64,000 bases of DNA from assembly GCA_041742135.1 (NCBI GenBank), contig JBGSJG010000008.1:32518-96517 (forward strand). Direction: 5' to 3'. Below the pieces are notes generated by a model. That model was not told where the DNA came from. It made no database searches and saw nothing but the letters and a program-made list of their open reading frames with translations. This DNA is from Patescibacteria group bacterium. GTDB taxonomy: Bacteria > Patescibacteriota > Microgenomatia > UBA8517. Below, piece by piece: positions 9,900 through 19,219 of the stretch. Numbering within the stretch: the first letter of the stretch is position 1; each line of letters starts with the position of its first letter. A program made the translations under genes and the position numbers.

Positions 9900-11774
9900 A
9901 TGAACAACATGTCATACAGATTGTTTCTGACTGTCTTAAAAATACTAGGCTCAGTGCGAAATTTTGGCCTGAATCAACACAGAGGTCGTAAGTTGATTTT
10001 GTGTTATCACGACATCAGTAATAAAAAGTGGGCTTTTTCAGTTACGAAAAAAGAATTTGAAAAACAAATGAAATATTTGGCTGATAATTTTTCAGTCGTG
10101 AGTCTTGATGAGATTTTAAAAAATGACAAACCAAAAACTGACCAGATAGCAATAACTTTTGATGATGGTTACGTGGGTGTTATTAAACATGCTTTTCCGG
10201 TTATGAAAAAATTAGGAATAGTAGGGACTGTATTTGCAGTAGGGAAGACTGACATAAGCACTCAAACTGGCTATAAGGGCGAGCTATTAAGTAGCCACCA
10301 GCTTCGACGTCTTAAAAAAGCTGGCTGGGAAATTGGCTGGCATAGCAGATCTCACCAGAATCTTAATTTACTGGGCAGACGTGATTTACTTAGAGAAATC
10401 GGCACTAAGTCAAAATCTGTGCGCTACTTTGCGTATCCGTTTGGGTCGTATGATTTTTATGTATCGGAGATGGTTAAAAAAATCGGTTATACAAGCGCTT
10501 TTAGCGTCGACGGGAAAGCTGTAAATACTGATGGTTTTAGTGTCTCACGAATTACTGTTAGTAGTGGTATTAAGGGGATCGGGTTTGCCGGCCTGCTATG
10601 CCCGGCTGGAGTTTTGTTTAATGGCTTGTTTACTTCTTTTTGGCGAAAGCTGGATAATTTTAGAAACACAAGCTGTGGCACGTCCATTGTGATTTCAAGT
10701 TATGAAGATGTTAAGAACCCTAATTATGGTGGTGGAGGTGCTCGCGCTATACACGAAATGGCAAAAAGAATTTCACTAAACTTTAGAGTTAAAGTAATAA
10801 GTTGGAATCACTCGGGAGTTAAGAAGGAATTAATTGACAATGTCTACTACGAGCATATAGGATTTAAACGAATTAATCCAAAACTTGCACAGGTTGTTTT
10901 TGCAACACTGTTGCCATTTTTGGTAGTAACACAGCGGTTTGCGGTGTGGATTGAAAGTTTTGGTCCACCGTTCACTACCGCCTTTTTACCACTTTTTGGA
11001 CGTAAAAACATTGTTGGCGTGATGCACATGTTTGCAGCGGCTGAAATGAAGAGAAAATATAAATTGCCGTTCGGGTTAATTGAAAAGATGGGACTCCGGA
11101 TGTATAAGAACATTATTGCCACGAGCAGCGCTTTTGAGCATAAAATTCACCAAATTTCTCCGAATTCAAAGATCGCGATAATCGAAAACGGAGTAGAAAA
11201 GGTAAAGGCTCACACCGGAAAAAGAAAGAAGCAAATCTTATTTTTAGGCAGACTAGAAGTGGAACAAAAGGGCCTTGATCTTCTTGTGGAAGGCTTTAAA
11301 AAGTTTTCTAATACAAAGCAGGGGGAGGGCTACAAATTAATTTTTGCTGGCAACGGTACTCCAAATGAATTTAATAAACTAAAGCACTTGGTGCGCGAGG
11401 CGGGAATTAGAAAATCTGTTATTTTTGCAGGGAGGGTCGAAGGTAAACAAAAAGAGAAATTGTTTGAATCATCTAAGTGCATGATAGTATCCTCAAGATT
11501 TGAAACCTTCGGCATGGTCGCTTTGGAAGCTATGGCATATGGCCTACCTGTTATTGCATTTGATATCGACGGGCTTACGTGGACACCTAAAGACGCGGTG
11601 GTTAAAGTACCACCTTTTGACACAGACGCCTTAGCTCAAGCGGTCGAAAACATTGTTGATGAAAGTATGGCCAAAGTTGTAACTCAAAAAGGGATCAATT
11701 TTGCGAGAAAATTTACTTGGGAGAAAATTGCGATTAAGTATGAATCATATTTGGGTGAGTTCGTTTATCAGTAA
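9900..11774 (+). CDS. CE4 (IcaB/NodB-like) polysaccharide deacetylase fused to GT4
   Basis: LCYHDI, ITFDDGY, GWHSRSH, FAYPFG, then GT4 with GRLEVEQKG and ETFGMVALEAMA. Start moved to ATG 9900. Confidence 0.85.
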   Translation: MNNMSYRLFLTVLKILGSVRNFGLNQHRGRKLILCYHDISNKKWAFSVTKKEFEKQMKYLADNFSVVSLDEILKNDKPKTDQIAITFDDGYVGVIKHAFPVMKKLGIVGTVFAVGKTDISTQTGYKGELLSSHQLRRLKKAGWEIGWHSRSHQNLNLLGRRDLLREIGTKSKSVRYFAYPFGSYDFYVSEMVKKIGYTSAFSVDGKAVNTDGFSVSRITVSSGIKGIGFAGLLCPAGVLFNGLFTSFWRKLDNFRNTSCGTSIVISSYEDVKNPNYGGGGARAIHEMAKRISLNFRVKVISWNHSGVKKELIDNVYYEHIGFKRINPKLAQVVFATLLPFLVVTQRFAVWIESFGPPFTTAFLPLFGRKNIVGVMHMFAAAEMKRKYKLPFGLIEKMGLRMYKNIIATSSAFEHKIHQISPNSKIAIIENGVEKVKAHTGKRKKQILFLGRLEVEQKGLDLLVEGFKKFSNTKQGEGYKLIFAGNGTPNEFNKLKHLVREAGIRKSVIFAGRVEGKQKEKLFESSKCMIVSSRFETFGMVALEAMAYGLPVIAFDIDGLTWTPKDAVVKVPPFDTDALAQAVENIVDESMAKVVTQKGINFARKFTWEKIAIKYESYLGEFVYQ

Positions 11775-11778
11775 AACT

Positions 11779-12525
11779 ATGCTGAAAATGTTTCAAATAC
11801 TAAAAAACAAAAGGATTTACATCATTTCTCCCCATCAGGACGATGCAGTACTTTCGTGTGGTGGACTCATGGCGCAGCTTTCAGGCAAAGCTGATATTAC
11901 TGTCGTTAATTTATTCACAAACGGAAACAAAGGACCTTACACCCTTTCTGCCAAAAGGTTTTTGAATATGTTAAAAGAACCTGATGCCGTTAGGCTTTTT
12001 GAGAAACGCAAACTTGAAGATAAAACGGTTTTGACTAAACTGAAGGCAAAAATTATTAATTTGGATCTAGAAGATGCTATGTTCAGACGCAAGAATGTAA
12101 GTGTTATTGGTAAGATAGTGCCTGAATTTGATCATGTATACCCCACCTACAGATGGCATTTTTCAAAAGGGATTTCTAAAATTGATTACGCATTAGCAGA
12201 TGTGGAAGAAAGGCTTAAAAAAATAGTTAAAAGTGATGATATTGTGCTAGCGCCTTACGGTATCGGCGGACACGTTGACCACATGATTGCCAGAAGAGTG
12301 TGCGAAAAAAATTTCAAAAGTGTGATTCTTTACTCAGACTTTCCATACAACGTTCGCACTAGTTACTTCGGTACCAAGGGTAGGAATTTCGACAGATTTA
12401 TTCTTAAGCCAGATTTATCAGCAAAGGAAAAGCTTGTAAAGATGTATGAAACACAATTTTTGGGATTGTTTCCTGACACGACATTACCGTCACACGAGGA
12501 GATTTATTTTATTAAGAAAAAATAA
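11779..12525 (+). CDS. PIG-L/LmbE family de-N-acetylase
   Basis: SPHQDDAVLSCGG, GGHVDH, YSDFPY, MYETQ. Start moved to ATG 11779. Confidence 0.87.
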   Translation: MLKMFQILKNKRIYIISPHQDDAVLSCGGLMAQLSGKADITVVNLFTNGNKGPYTLSAKRFLNMLKEPDAVRLFEKRKLEDKTVLTKLKAKIINLDLEDAMFRRKNVSVIGKIVPEFDHVYPTYRWHFSKGISKIDYALADVEERLKKIVKSDDIVLAPYGIGGHVDHMIARRVCEKNFKSVILYSDFPYNVRTSYFGTKGRNFDRFILKPDLSAKEKLVKMYETQFLGLFPDTTLPSHEEIYFIKKK

Positions 12526-14009
12526 TGTTAAAAATTTTTGAAAAATACGCCTTCGCAATTTTTGTAGTTGTAGCAGTGATGCTTTATGGGTTGACCATTC
12601 GCGGCGCTGTCGGCGTACCAGATGAGCGTGATGTGACGTATGGGCAAATAGACTCTGGCGAGCCGTTCGAGACTTCTCAGGAAAGATCTAGATATGCGAT
12701 TATTTTAGCTCTTTACCACCATGGAGCATTTAATGTTGATGCATTTCCTCAAATGGGAACTCCGGACGTTGGTTTTATAAACGGACATTACTTTTCGTTT
12801 TTTCCGCCCACCGTTTCTATTTTTGCCTTGCCGCTTTATCACATAGGTCTAAAAATTGGGGCCACTCAGTTGATGGTGTTTCTTATTTCAACAGTTTTTG
12901 CTTTAGCTACAGGTGTATTGATCTATAAATACGCCCAGAAATTAGGCCTATCAAATATAAAGTCTGTTTTAATTGCTTACTCCTTTCTGTTTGCTACAAA
13001 TGCATGGGGATATTCGGTGACACTTTATGCACATTTGATTTCAGCGTTTTTCGTTTTAGCTGGTGTTTATGTCTTGCAATTTTCAAAAGAAGGGGCGTTG
13101 AAGGGTGCATTAATTTGGTTGTTTTACGCCTTCGCTGTTTTTGTTGATTTTCCTAACATTTTTATTTATTTCCCTATCGCATTGATTTATAGCTTGAGGG
13201 GGATATCTATTCGGGAAGCAAACAATAAGCTTAAAATTCGTATCAGCTTTATTCAAATTTTAACACCGCTAATTTTCTTTGCCGGCGTAGTTTTGTATGG
13301 ATACTATAATTATACTCAGTTCGGAAGCCCTACAATTTTAAGCAATAACCTGCCTCGCGTGCGAAATCTCAATATAATAGCCGAAGCAGCTCCGGAGCTT
13401 GGGCGTAATGTGACAGGGGCGTTAAACACCAGAATGTTGTTGAATGGCTATTACACTTTTATCGCAAGCATAGATCGAGGAGCGTTGTTTTATACGCCGA
13501 TAGTACTATTATGTTTGTTCGGATTTATCAAACTCAGAAAAAAGTACTCTGAACATATTCAGGTTATGAGTGCAGTGCCGCTTGTGTGCCTAACTTTGTA
13601 TTCAATGTTTTCAGACCCATATGGCGGTTGGGCATTCGGCTCACGCTACATGATCGTAGCTTACCCATATCTATTGCTTTTGGGTGGCGCTTGGTTTGCT
13701 AATTCTAAAAGCATACTAACAAAAATTATCTTTTCTATTGTGTTTATTTATAGCGTAGGGGTTTCTCTTTTGGCGCCTTTAACTACAAACGTTATTCCAC
13801 CACAAGTTGAAGCAAATAGTTTAGGGCTTTCTTATACTTATGCAGTTAACATGAGAATGCTTCTTGATAATAAGTTAAATTCGTTTGTTTATAACTCATT
13901 TTTAGAAGAAAAATATTCAGCTCTAGAGTACTACGCCGCTATTTTTGCTACAGTTGCAATTTTTGGATTGTTATTGATATGGGTAAAAGGAGATAAAAAA
14001 TGGAAATAA
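12525..14009 (+). CDS. GT-C-like multi-pass membrane protein
   Basis: About 11 TM segments, extracellular loop with SFFPP, GGWAFGSRY motif common in GT-C-like proteins. Confidence 0.6.
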   Translation: MLKIFEKYAFAIFVVVAVMLYGLTIRGAVGVPDERDVTYGQIDSGEPFETSQERSRYAIILALYHHGAFNVDAFPQMGTPDVGFINGHYFSFFPPTVSIFALPLYHIGLKIGATQLMVFLISTVFALATGVLIYKYAQKLGLSNIKSVLIAYSFLFATNAWGYSVTLYAHLISAFFVLAGVYVLQFSKEGALKGALIWLFYAFAVFVDFPNIFIYFPIALIYSLRGISIREANNKLKIRISFIQILTPLIFFAGVVLYGYYNYTQFGSPTILSNNLPRVRNLNIIAEAAPELGRNVTGALNTRMLLNGYYTFIASIDRGALFYTPIVLLCLFGFIKLRKKYSEHIQVMSAVPLVCLTLYSMFSDPYGGWAFGSRYMIVAYPYLLLLGGAWFANSKSILTKIIFSIVFIYSVGVSLLAPLTTNVIPPQVEANSLGLSYTYAVNMRMLLDNKLNSFVYNSFLEEKYSALEYYAAIFATVAIFGLLLIWVKGDKKWK

Positions 14010-15604
14010 GTATTTCGAAAACAAGAATAAATAACTTACTAAAGATATTTGAAAAAAGGGCAGCCTTATATATCGTTATAGTGCTCGGACTCCTCGCCAT
14101 CTTTGCTTGGTACGGACTGTATGAAAACGGCTTAGGCCTTGCCTATAACGATGCCAGAAGCCATTTGAGTATTGGGCGCCGTGTGGTGGAAGGGTTGAAG
14201 CCAGGTTTGGCACAAATTGGTTCAGTTTGGCTCCCCTTGACTCACTTACTCATGATACCTACGGTGTGGAACGATTTTATGTGGCATTCTGGTCTTTCCG
14301 GAGCTATACAATCAATGTTTTCCTTTACAGCCACAGGAGTTTTAGTCTATCTTTTTCTCAAAGAACTTAAGGTTGGTTTACTGGCTAGGATCTTCGGGGT
14401 GTTTTTGTTTGTTGCCAATCTTAATGTTTTGTATTTACAGTCTACCGCGATGACAGAACTGTTACTTCTCGCGACCATGACTGCTGGGGCTTACTATCTA
14501 CTTGTGTGGGCGAAGGGAGATAATTTAGTAGACATCCTCAAGTCAGCAGGCTTTATAATGCTTTCAACTTTAATTCGATACGATGGTTGGTTTTTGATTT
14601 TTTACTCCACGATTGTTGTTGCTTTTCTTGCGTTTCGTAAAACAGGTTATAAAGGCATGGAGGGGATAGCTATTTTATTTGCAACCCTTGGGGGAGTTGG
14701 AATATTTCTGTGGGTTATATGGAATCTGTTAATATTCGGCGACCCACTATACTTTGCTTTCGGCCCTTTTTCCGCCCACGCCCAACAATCTCAATTATTG
14801 GCTGCCGGAGAGTTGCCAACCAAAGGAAATTTGCTTCTTTCAATTAAAGTATATGTTTACGCATTCTTTTACAATTCATACACTTTGCCTGCGATATTTG
14901 GGCTTATTGGTGCGTTCGCACTCTGGTTTAATCGCGAAGTTTCATCAAGGGTAAAAATCGCATCTACCGCTCTGATGGCGCCTTTTATGTTCAATGTGCT
15001 AGCCTTGTATTTGGGACATTCTGTTCTTTTCGTTCAGGGCATTTCCGGAAACACTTGGTTTAATGTGCGCTATGGGATTATGTTAGCTCCGTCCGTCGCC
15101 ATTTTTGCAGCCTACTTGGCGGATTCATTAAAGCGTTTCCGTTATGTAATCATCGGTGTTTGTCTTTTTGTTCTCTTCTTTGCTTTTGGCGCAGGAGATG
15201 CGGTTACAATCGACGATGCTACTGTTGGCTCAAGCCAGAAAAACGTATCAGAGGTTTCAGGGTGGCTTAATAAAAATATCAAAGACAAAGAAGGCTTTGT
15301 GCTGATTTCAGCTGCTTCTCACGATGCGATAATTTTTTCCTCTGGTCTTCCTATGAAGCGATTTATTCACGAAGGAACAGGTGCTTATTGGGAAAGCGCA
15401 GTAGGTTCTCCGGACCGATGGGCTCGTTGGATAGTTATGCGAACACATGACCAAAACGATCTCGTGTTTAAGCTAATCCAAAAAGAAGCTCTAGAAAAAT
15501 ATTACGTACTAGTAGATCATTATCCGTTCGCAGATATTTATGAGTTGAAAGAAGAAAAATTACCCGAACTTATAACCGAGCCCATTTTTGGTAAGCAAAA
15601 ATAA
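14000..15604 (+). CDS. GT-C fold membrane glycosyltransferase
   Basis: YNDARSH acidic loop, GSVWLPLTH, STAMTE, RYDGW, NVRYG, multi-TM. Confidence 0.72.
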   Translation: MEISISKTRINNLLKIFEKRAALYIVIVLGLLAIFAWYGLYENGLGLAYNDARSHLSIGRRVVEGLKPGLAQIGSVWLPLTHLLMIPTVWNDFMWHSGLSGAIQSMFSFTATGVLVYLFLKELKVGLLARIFGVFLFVANLNVLYLQSTAMTELLLLATMTAGAYYLLVWAKGDNLVDILKSAGFIMLSTLIRYDGWFLIFYSTIVVAFLAFRKTGYKGMEGIAILFATLGGVGIFLWVIWNLLIFGDPLYFAFGPFSAHAQQSQLLAAGELPTKGNLLLSIKVYVYAFFYNSYTLPAIFGLIGAFALWFNREVSSRVKIASTALMAPFMFNVLALYLGHSVLFVQGISGNTWFNVRYGIMLAPSVAIFAAYLADSLKRFRYVIIGVCLFVLFFAFGAGDAVTIDDATVGSSQKNVSEVSGWLNKNIKDKEGFVLISAASHDAIIFSSGLPMKRFIHEGTGAYWESAVGSPDRWARWIVMRTHDQNDLVFKLIQKEALEKYYVLVDHYPFADIYELKEEKLPELITEPIFGKQK

Positions 15605-15618
15605 AGGTACAATCTTAT

Positions 15619-16842
15619 ATGAAGAAAATTATATTTAGTTTAATACTTGTATTGCTAAGTTTAGCAACAGCCTCTGGTGTTTACGCTAGCGACAATTGGT
15701 GGCAGATTCAATCTGTTGATACCATGAAATACTCGCGTGATTTGGCAGGGGAGAAATTGAATGACCCTTCATTTGACTCAGAAATTGATTTTCAGGTAAA
15801 AAACATCAAAGAGCTTGGTGCAACACATGTCGCCATCGGCACACCGTACGACTCTGAATTCACGCCATTTTTGGAGCGCTGGGTTTTGGCCGCAAGGAAA
15901 TACGATTTAAAAGTCTGGTTTCGAGGCAATTTTTCTGGCTGGGAAGGTTGGTTTGGAAGAAGAAAAATTACCCCCGAAGAGCACACCGAGCGTTTAGGTG
16001 AGCTTATATTGGATAACCCTGATTTGTTTGAAGATGGAGATATTTTTTCAAGCTGCCCCGAGTGTGAAAATGGAGCCATGGGAGACCCTCGAAACACTGG
16101 AAAGCTTACGGAGTTTAGGAATTTCCTAATTACTCAGAAGTCTGTGGCAGATGATGCATTTTCCAGAATTGGCAAAGACGTCTCAGCTGGTTACTTTTCA
16201 ATGAATGGTGACGTAGCCGAGCTTGTAATGGACCCAACAACTACCAAAGCCTTGGGGGGTGTTGTCGTGGTAGATCATTATGTAGCAACGCCGAGGCAAT
16301 TAGTTGATGATATCCAAAGGTACAGAGAAAAATCGCAAGGGCAGATTATGCTCGGGGAATTCGGTGCACCAATTCCGGACATTCACGGGCAAATATCGCT
16401 TGAACAGCAAGCTGCTTGGGTGCGAGAAGCCTTGACTTTGTTAGCTCAAGAAGATGGTGTTGTGGGAGTTAACTACTGGGTTTTTATGGGGGGGTCAACG
16501 GGTTTATGGAGCGAAAATGGCAATAGTAGGCCAGTAGCAAATAGCCTGTCTGATTTTTATAAGCCTTCGAGCTTTAGCGTAAAAGTTTCAGACGAGCTAG
16601 GTAGGGGGATTAAAGAAGCTAAAGTTCAAGTAGGGCAAAACACATACAGTCCCGCTAGCAATGGTGTAATTAGGGCTCTTAAAGTACCCGGAGTTGAGGA
16701 GATGACTGTATATGCAAAAGGGTATAAAAGCTATACGCAAAAAATTATTAATCCCGAAAACACCGATCAAATAGTACTTAGTTCTGAACGAAGCAACTTA
16801 TTGCTCAGAATCATTAAATTTTTGCGCAGTATCTTCATTTAG
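15619..16842 (+). CDS. Secreted putative clan GH-A glycoside hydrolase with a C-terminal beta-sandwich domain
   Basis: Signal peptide ending VYA, candidate acid/base PECENG, VVDHY, candidate nucleophile LGEFG, GVNYW. C-terminal carboxypeptidase-regulatory-like segment (AKGYKSY) and amphipathic tail. Confidence 0.65.
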   Translation: MKKIIFSLILVLLSLATASGVYASDNWWQIQSVDTMKYSRDLAGEKLNDPSFDSEIDFQVKNIKELGATHVAIGTPYDSEFTPFLERWVLAARKYDLKVWFRGNFSGWEGWFGRRKITPEEHTERLGELILDNPDLFEDGDIFSSCPECENGAMGDPRNTGKLTEFRNFLITQKSVADDAFSRIGKDVSAGYFSMNGDVAELVMDPTTTKALGGVVVVDHYVATPRQLVDDIQRYREKSQGQIMLGEFGAPIPDIHGQISLEQQAAWVREALTLLAQEDGVVGVNYWVFMGGSTGLWSENGNSRPVANSLSDFYKPSSFSVKVSDELGRGIKEAKVQVGQNTYSPASNGVIRALKVPGVEEMTVYAKGYKSYTQKIINPENTDQIVLSSERSNLLLRIIKFLRSIFI

Positions 16843-16844
16843 AG

Positions 16845-16873
16845 TTGAAAAATTCTCTGAAAAGTTATATACT
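16845..16873 (+). promoter_or_regulatory. sigma70-type promoter for the sortase substrate/sortase pair
   Basis: TTGAAA (16845-16850), 17 nt, TATACT (16868-16873). Confidence 0.6.
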
Positions 16874-16908
16874 CCTATAACTTATAACTATATTCTAAAT
16901 ATATCTGT

Positions 16909-17490
16909 ATGAATAAATTATTTTTGATATTGATAAGTATTTCAGTACTTCTTGTAAGTGCTTCACCTATTTTGGCGATTGATGCTGCGCCTAACTTTCC
17001 CTCGTGTGTAAACCCTCAAGGACAGCTGAAAGTTAGATACGAGAATGGAAAACATGCTGTTATTGGTCGTTCAAATTTAATCTCTGGTAAGGACGAAGTT
17101 TATTGGCTTGATAATGGAAATTTACTTCAGTGCTTATGTGAAGAGAATGGTGAGGGAACGCAAACAAATTGGTGGAAGGTAACTGGAATAACTCAAGAAG
17201 AAATTAACGCTTACAAATCGCAAGGCTGGATTTTTGTCCCAACTGGGTCAGATTGGGGTTTAATTAGCGATCCATATTTGGCAAAAAACTTTACCTACGG
17301 ATGTAAAGGCAATGATGGTGGATCAGGCGGAGGAGATTCAGGCATTGGTGGTGGTGGGACAAGCTCTGTTTTGGGTTTGGCTCAAACAGGAAACAATGCC
17401 ACGTACGTTGCTCTGTTTTCTTTGGGGATTAGCTTTGTTTTGGGTGGGGTTTTACTTCGTAGAAAGCGCCATGCGTCAGACCGCGTCTAA
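16909..17490 (+). CDS. Secreted protein with a sortase sorting signal (LAQTG)
   Basis: Signal peptide, 4 Cys, Gly/Ser linker, then LAQTG + hydrophobic TM + RRKR tail. Overlaps the sortase gene. Confidence 0.8.
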   Translation: MNKLFLILISISVLLVSASPILAIDAAPNFPSCVNPQGQLKVRYENGKHAVIGRSNLISGKDEVYWLDNGNLLQCLCEENGEGTQTNWWKVTGITQEEINAYKSQGWIFVPTGSDWGLISDPYLAKNFTYGCKGNDGGSGGGDSGIGGGGTSSVLGLAQTGNNATYVALFSLGISFVLGGVLLRRKRHASDRV

Positions 17491-18007
17491 TCTACTTGTC
17501 CTCATAGGTATCGGAATACTTCTTGCAAGCATCTTTCTATTGTGGAAGCGAAATGACCCAGGTAGGCTTCAGTTTAGCGGTGAGTATGTCTCCGAAGTGA
17601 GAGTTGAAGATGAGCTTGCCGTGCCTACTGGGTTTGTTATAAAAGACATTGGGATTAGGCTTCCAGTGGTACCCGCAGAAAAAAGAGGGGATTATTGGGA
17701 AACTACACCGGATGGCGTTTCGTATTTGCTTAGCAGTGCTAAGCCTGGAGAAACAGGCAACAGCATATTTTATGGCCACAACTGGGGAAGTGTGCTGGGT
17801 AGTTTGTATAGGGCAAGGGTGGGCCAAACTGTCGAAGTGTATTTTTCAGATGGATCACAAAAACATTTTGAAATTTCACTTATACAAGAAGTTAAACCAG
17901 ACAATATTTCAGTCTTAGCCCAAACTGAGGATAGAAGAATCACAATTTATACTTGTAGTGGAATTTTGGATCAAAACAGATTTGTGGTCACTGCTGTTTT
18001 GATCTAG
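17471..18007 (+). CDS. Sortase
   Basis: N-terminal membrane anchor, PGETGNSIFYGHN (His), TIYTC (Cys), NRFVV (Arg). Start moved to ATG 17471. Confidence 0.88.
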   Translation: MRQTASNLLVLIGIGILLASIFLLWKRNDPGRLQFSGEYVSEVRVEDELAVPTGFVIKDIGIRLPVVPAEKRGDYWETTPDGVSYLLSSAKPGETGNSIFYGHNWGSVLGSLYRARVGQTVEVYFSDGSQKHFEISLIQEVKPDNISVLAQTEDRRITIYTCSGILDQNRFVVTAVLI

Positions 18008-18644
18008 TTAAATCTTGGGCTTTTTCTTGTCTCCACTTCTCAATCTCTTTGTGATTGCCGCCGAGTAAAACCTCAGGAACTCTCCAGCCTTTATAATCTT
18101 CTGGCCTAGTAAACACCGGAAAATCAAGCTGATCCTCGATCGAAAAAGACTCATGTGTGGTCGCTTCTTCTTCGAGCACTCCTGGGATAAGCCTCACCAA
18201 GGAGTCAGTTATGGCCATGGCAGGGATTTCCCCTCCAGTAAGAATGTAGTCTCCGATCGAGATTTGCTCGTCAACGAGGTGCTCGTGAATTCTCTGATCA
18301 AAGCCTTCATAGTGGCCTGCGATTATGATTATGTGTTTTTGCGCAACCAATTCGCGTGCTTTGGCTTGATTATAAGTAGCGCCTTGTGGAGTTAAAAGAA
18401 TCACCCGGGAATCTTTTGTTCGAAGCTCTGAAAGCATTGCATCAATCGGCTCAACCATTAAAACCATGCCAACTCCGCCTCCGTAAGGCCTATCGTCAAC
18501 GCTCTTTCGACGGTCCTTTGCCCATTTTCTAAGATCGTGAATATTAATTTCGACCAAGCCCAAGTCTTTTGCTTTTTTGAGCATCGATGTGTCAAAAGGC
18601 CCCACAAACATGCTTGGGAAAAGCGTTACAATATCAATTCTCAT
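17988..18644 (-). CDS. trmD: tRNA (guanine37-N1)-methyltransferase
   Basis: MRIDIVTLFP, VDDRPYGGGVGMVL, GHYEGFDQR, SIGDYILTGGE, VPEVLLGGNH. Confidence 0.97.
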   Translation of the reverse strand: MRIDIVTLFPSMFVGPFDTSMLKKAKDLGLVEINIHDLRKWAKDRRKSVDDRPYGGGVGMVLMVEPIDAMLSELRTKDSRVILLTPQGATYNQAKARELVAQKHIIIIAGHYEGFDQRIHEHLVDEQISIGDYILTGGEIPAMAITDSLVRLIPGVLEEEATTHESFSIEDQLDFPVFTRPEDYKGWRVPEVLLGGNHKEIEKWRQEKAQDLTRSKQQ

Positions 18645-18648
18645 TGTG

Positions 18649-18661
18649 ATTGTAGTATACT
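18649..18661. promoter_or_regulatory. Putative bidirectional -10 element between trmD and the Yip1 gene
   Basis: Palindrome AGTATACT (18654-18661) gives TATACT on both strands, with an extra TACAAT on the minus strand (18654-18649), inside a 23-bp divergent gap. Confidence 0.55.
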
Positions 18662-18667
18662 CTATGC

Positions 18668-19216
18668 ATGGATGTGACTGTGGATATCGCAGCTACCTTA
18701 GATACAATTAAGAAGGTTTTTAAGGGGCCTAAAAAATTCTTCGAGGGAGTAAAAAAACAAAAGTCGTGGAAGGACGCCTTTGGTGTTGTTCTAATTACTG
18801 CCGCGATTGGGCATATTTTGGCAGGGGCTTATGCTTTTATTTATTCTTCTACCCAGTCCGAGCCCTTAGCTCTTGCACAAATAATCCCAGCAATATTGAT
18901 AAGTTTCGTTCTCACTCTTGGGATGAGTTTTGTTTGGGGTTGGGCCCTTAAAATTTGGCTTAGCATCTTTAAAGTTGAGACAAGCTTTAGTCGGGCATTT
19001 TTGGTAATGGCCTATTCTCGTATTCCAAATCTTTTGTTTAGTTGGTTACCTTTTGTTAATTTCTTTATGGCGGTTTTTAGTTTTTATCTTCTTATGATTG
19101 GTCTTGAAAGCCAGTACGAAATCAAGAGAAAGAAGGCCATTGTGATTATCGTGACCTCCATAATTGCTTTGTTTGCTTTGTCTGTTCTTCTGTTTTTAAT
19201 ATTTCCGCAAGTTTAA
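18668..19216 (+). CDS. Yip1-domain membrane protein
   Basis: About 5 TM segments, N-terminal PKKFF, SFSRAFLVMAYSRIP, and GL...YEI..KKA pattern. Confidence 0.7.
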   Translation: MDVTVDIAATLDTIKKVFKGPKKFFEGVKKQKSWKDAFGVVLITAAIGHILAGAYAFIYSSTQSEPLALAQIIPAILISFVLTLGMSFVWGWALKIWLSIFKVETSFSRAFLVMAYSRIPNLLFSWLPFVNFFMAVFSFYLLMIGLESQYEIKRKKAIVIIVTSIIALFALSVLLFLIFPQV

Positions 19217-19219
19217 CCT

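Noticed and set aside
17314-17360. GGN-rich tract that could suggest a repeat or G-quadruplex
   Set aside because: It simply encodes the Gly/Ser linker of the sortase substrate.
17312-17470. N-terminal extension of the sortase ORF (and similar extensions at 11701, 30191, 37261, 42263, 42984, 51712, 55667)
   Set aside because: They overlap upstream genes deeply. Downstream starts fit stop/start coupling, -10 spacing and domain boundaries better.
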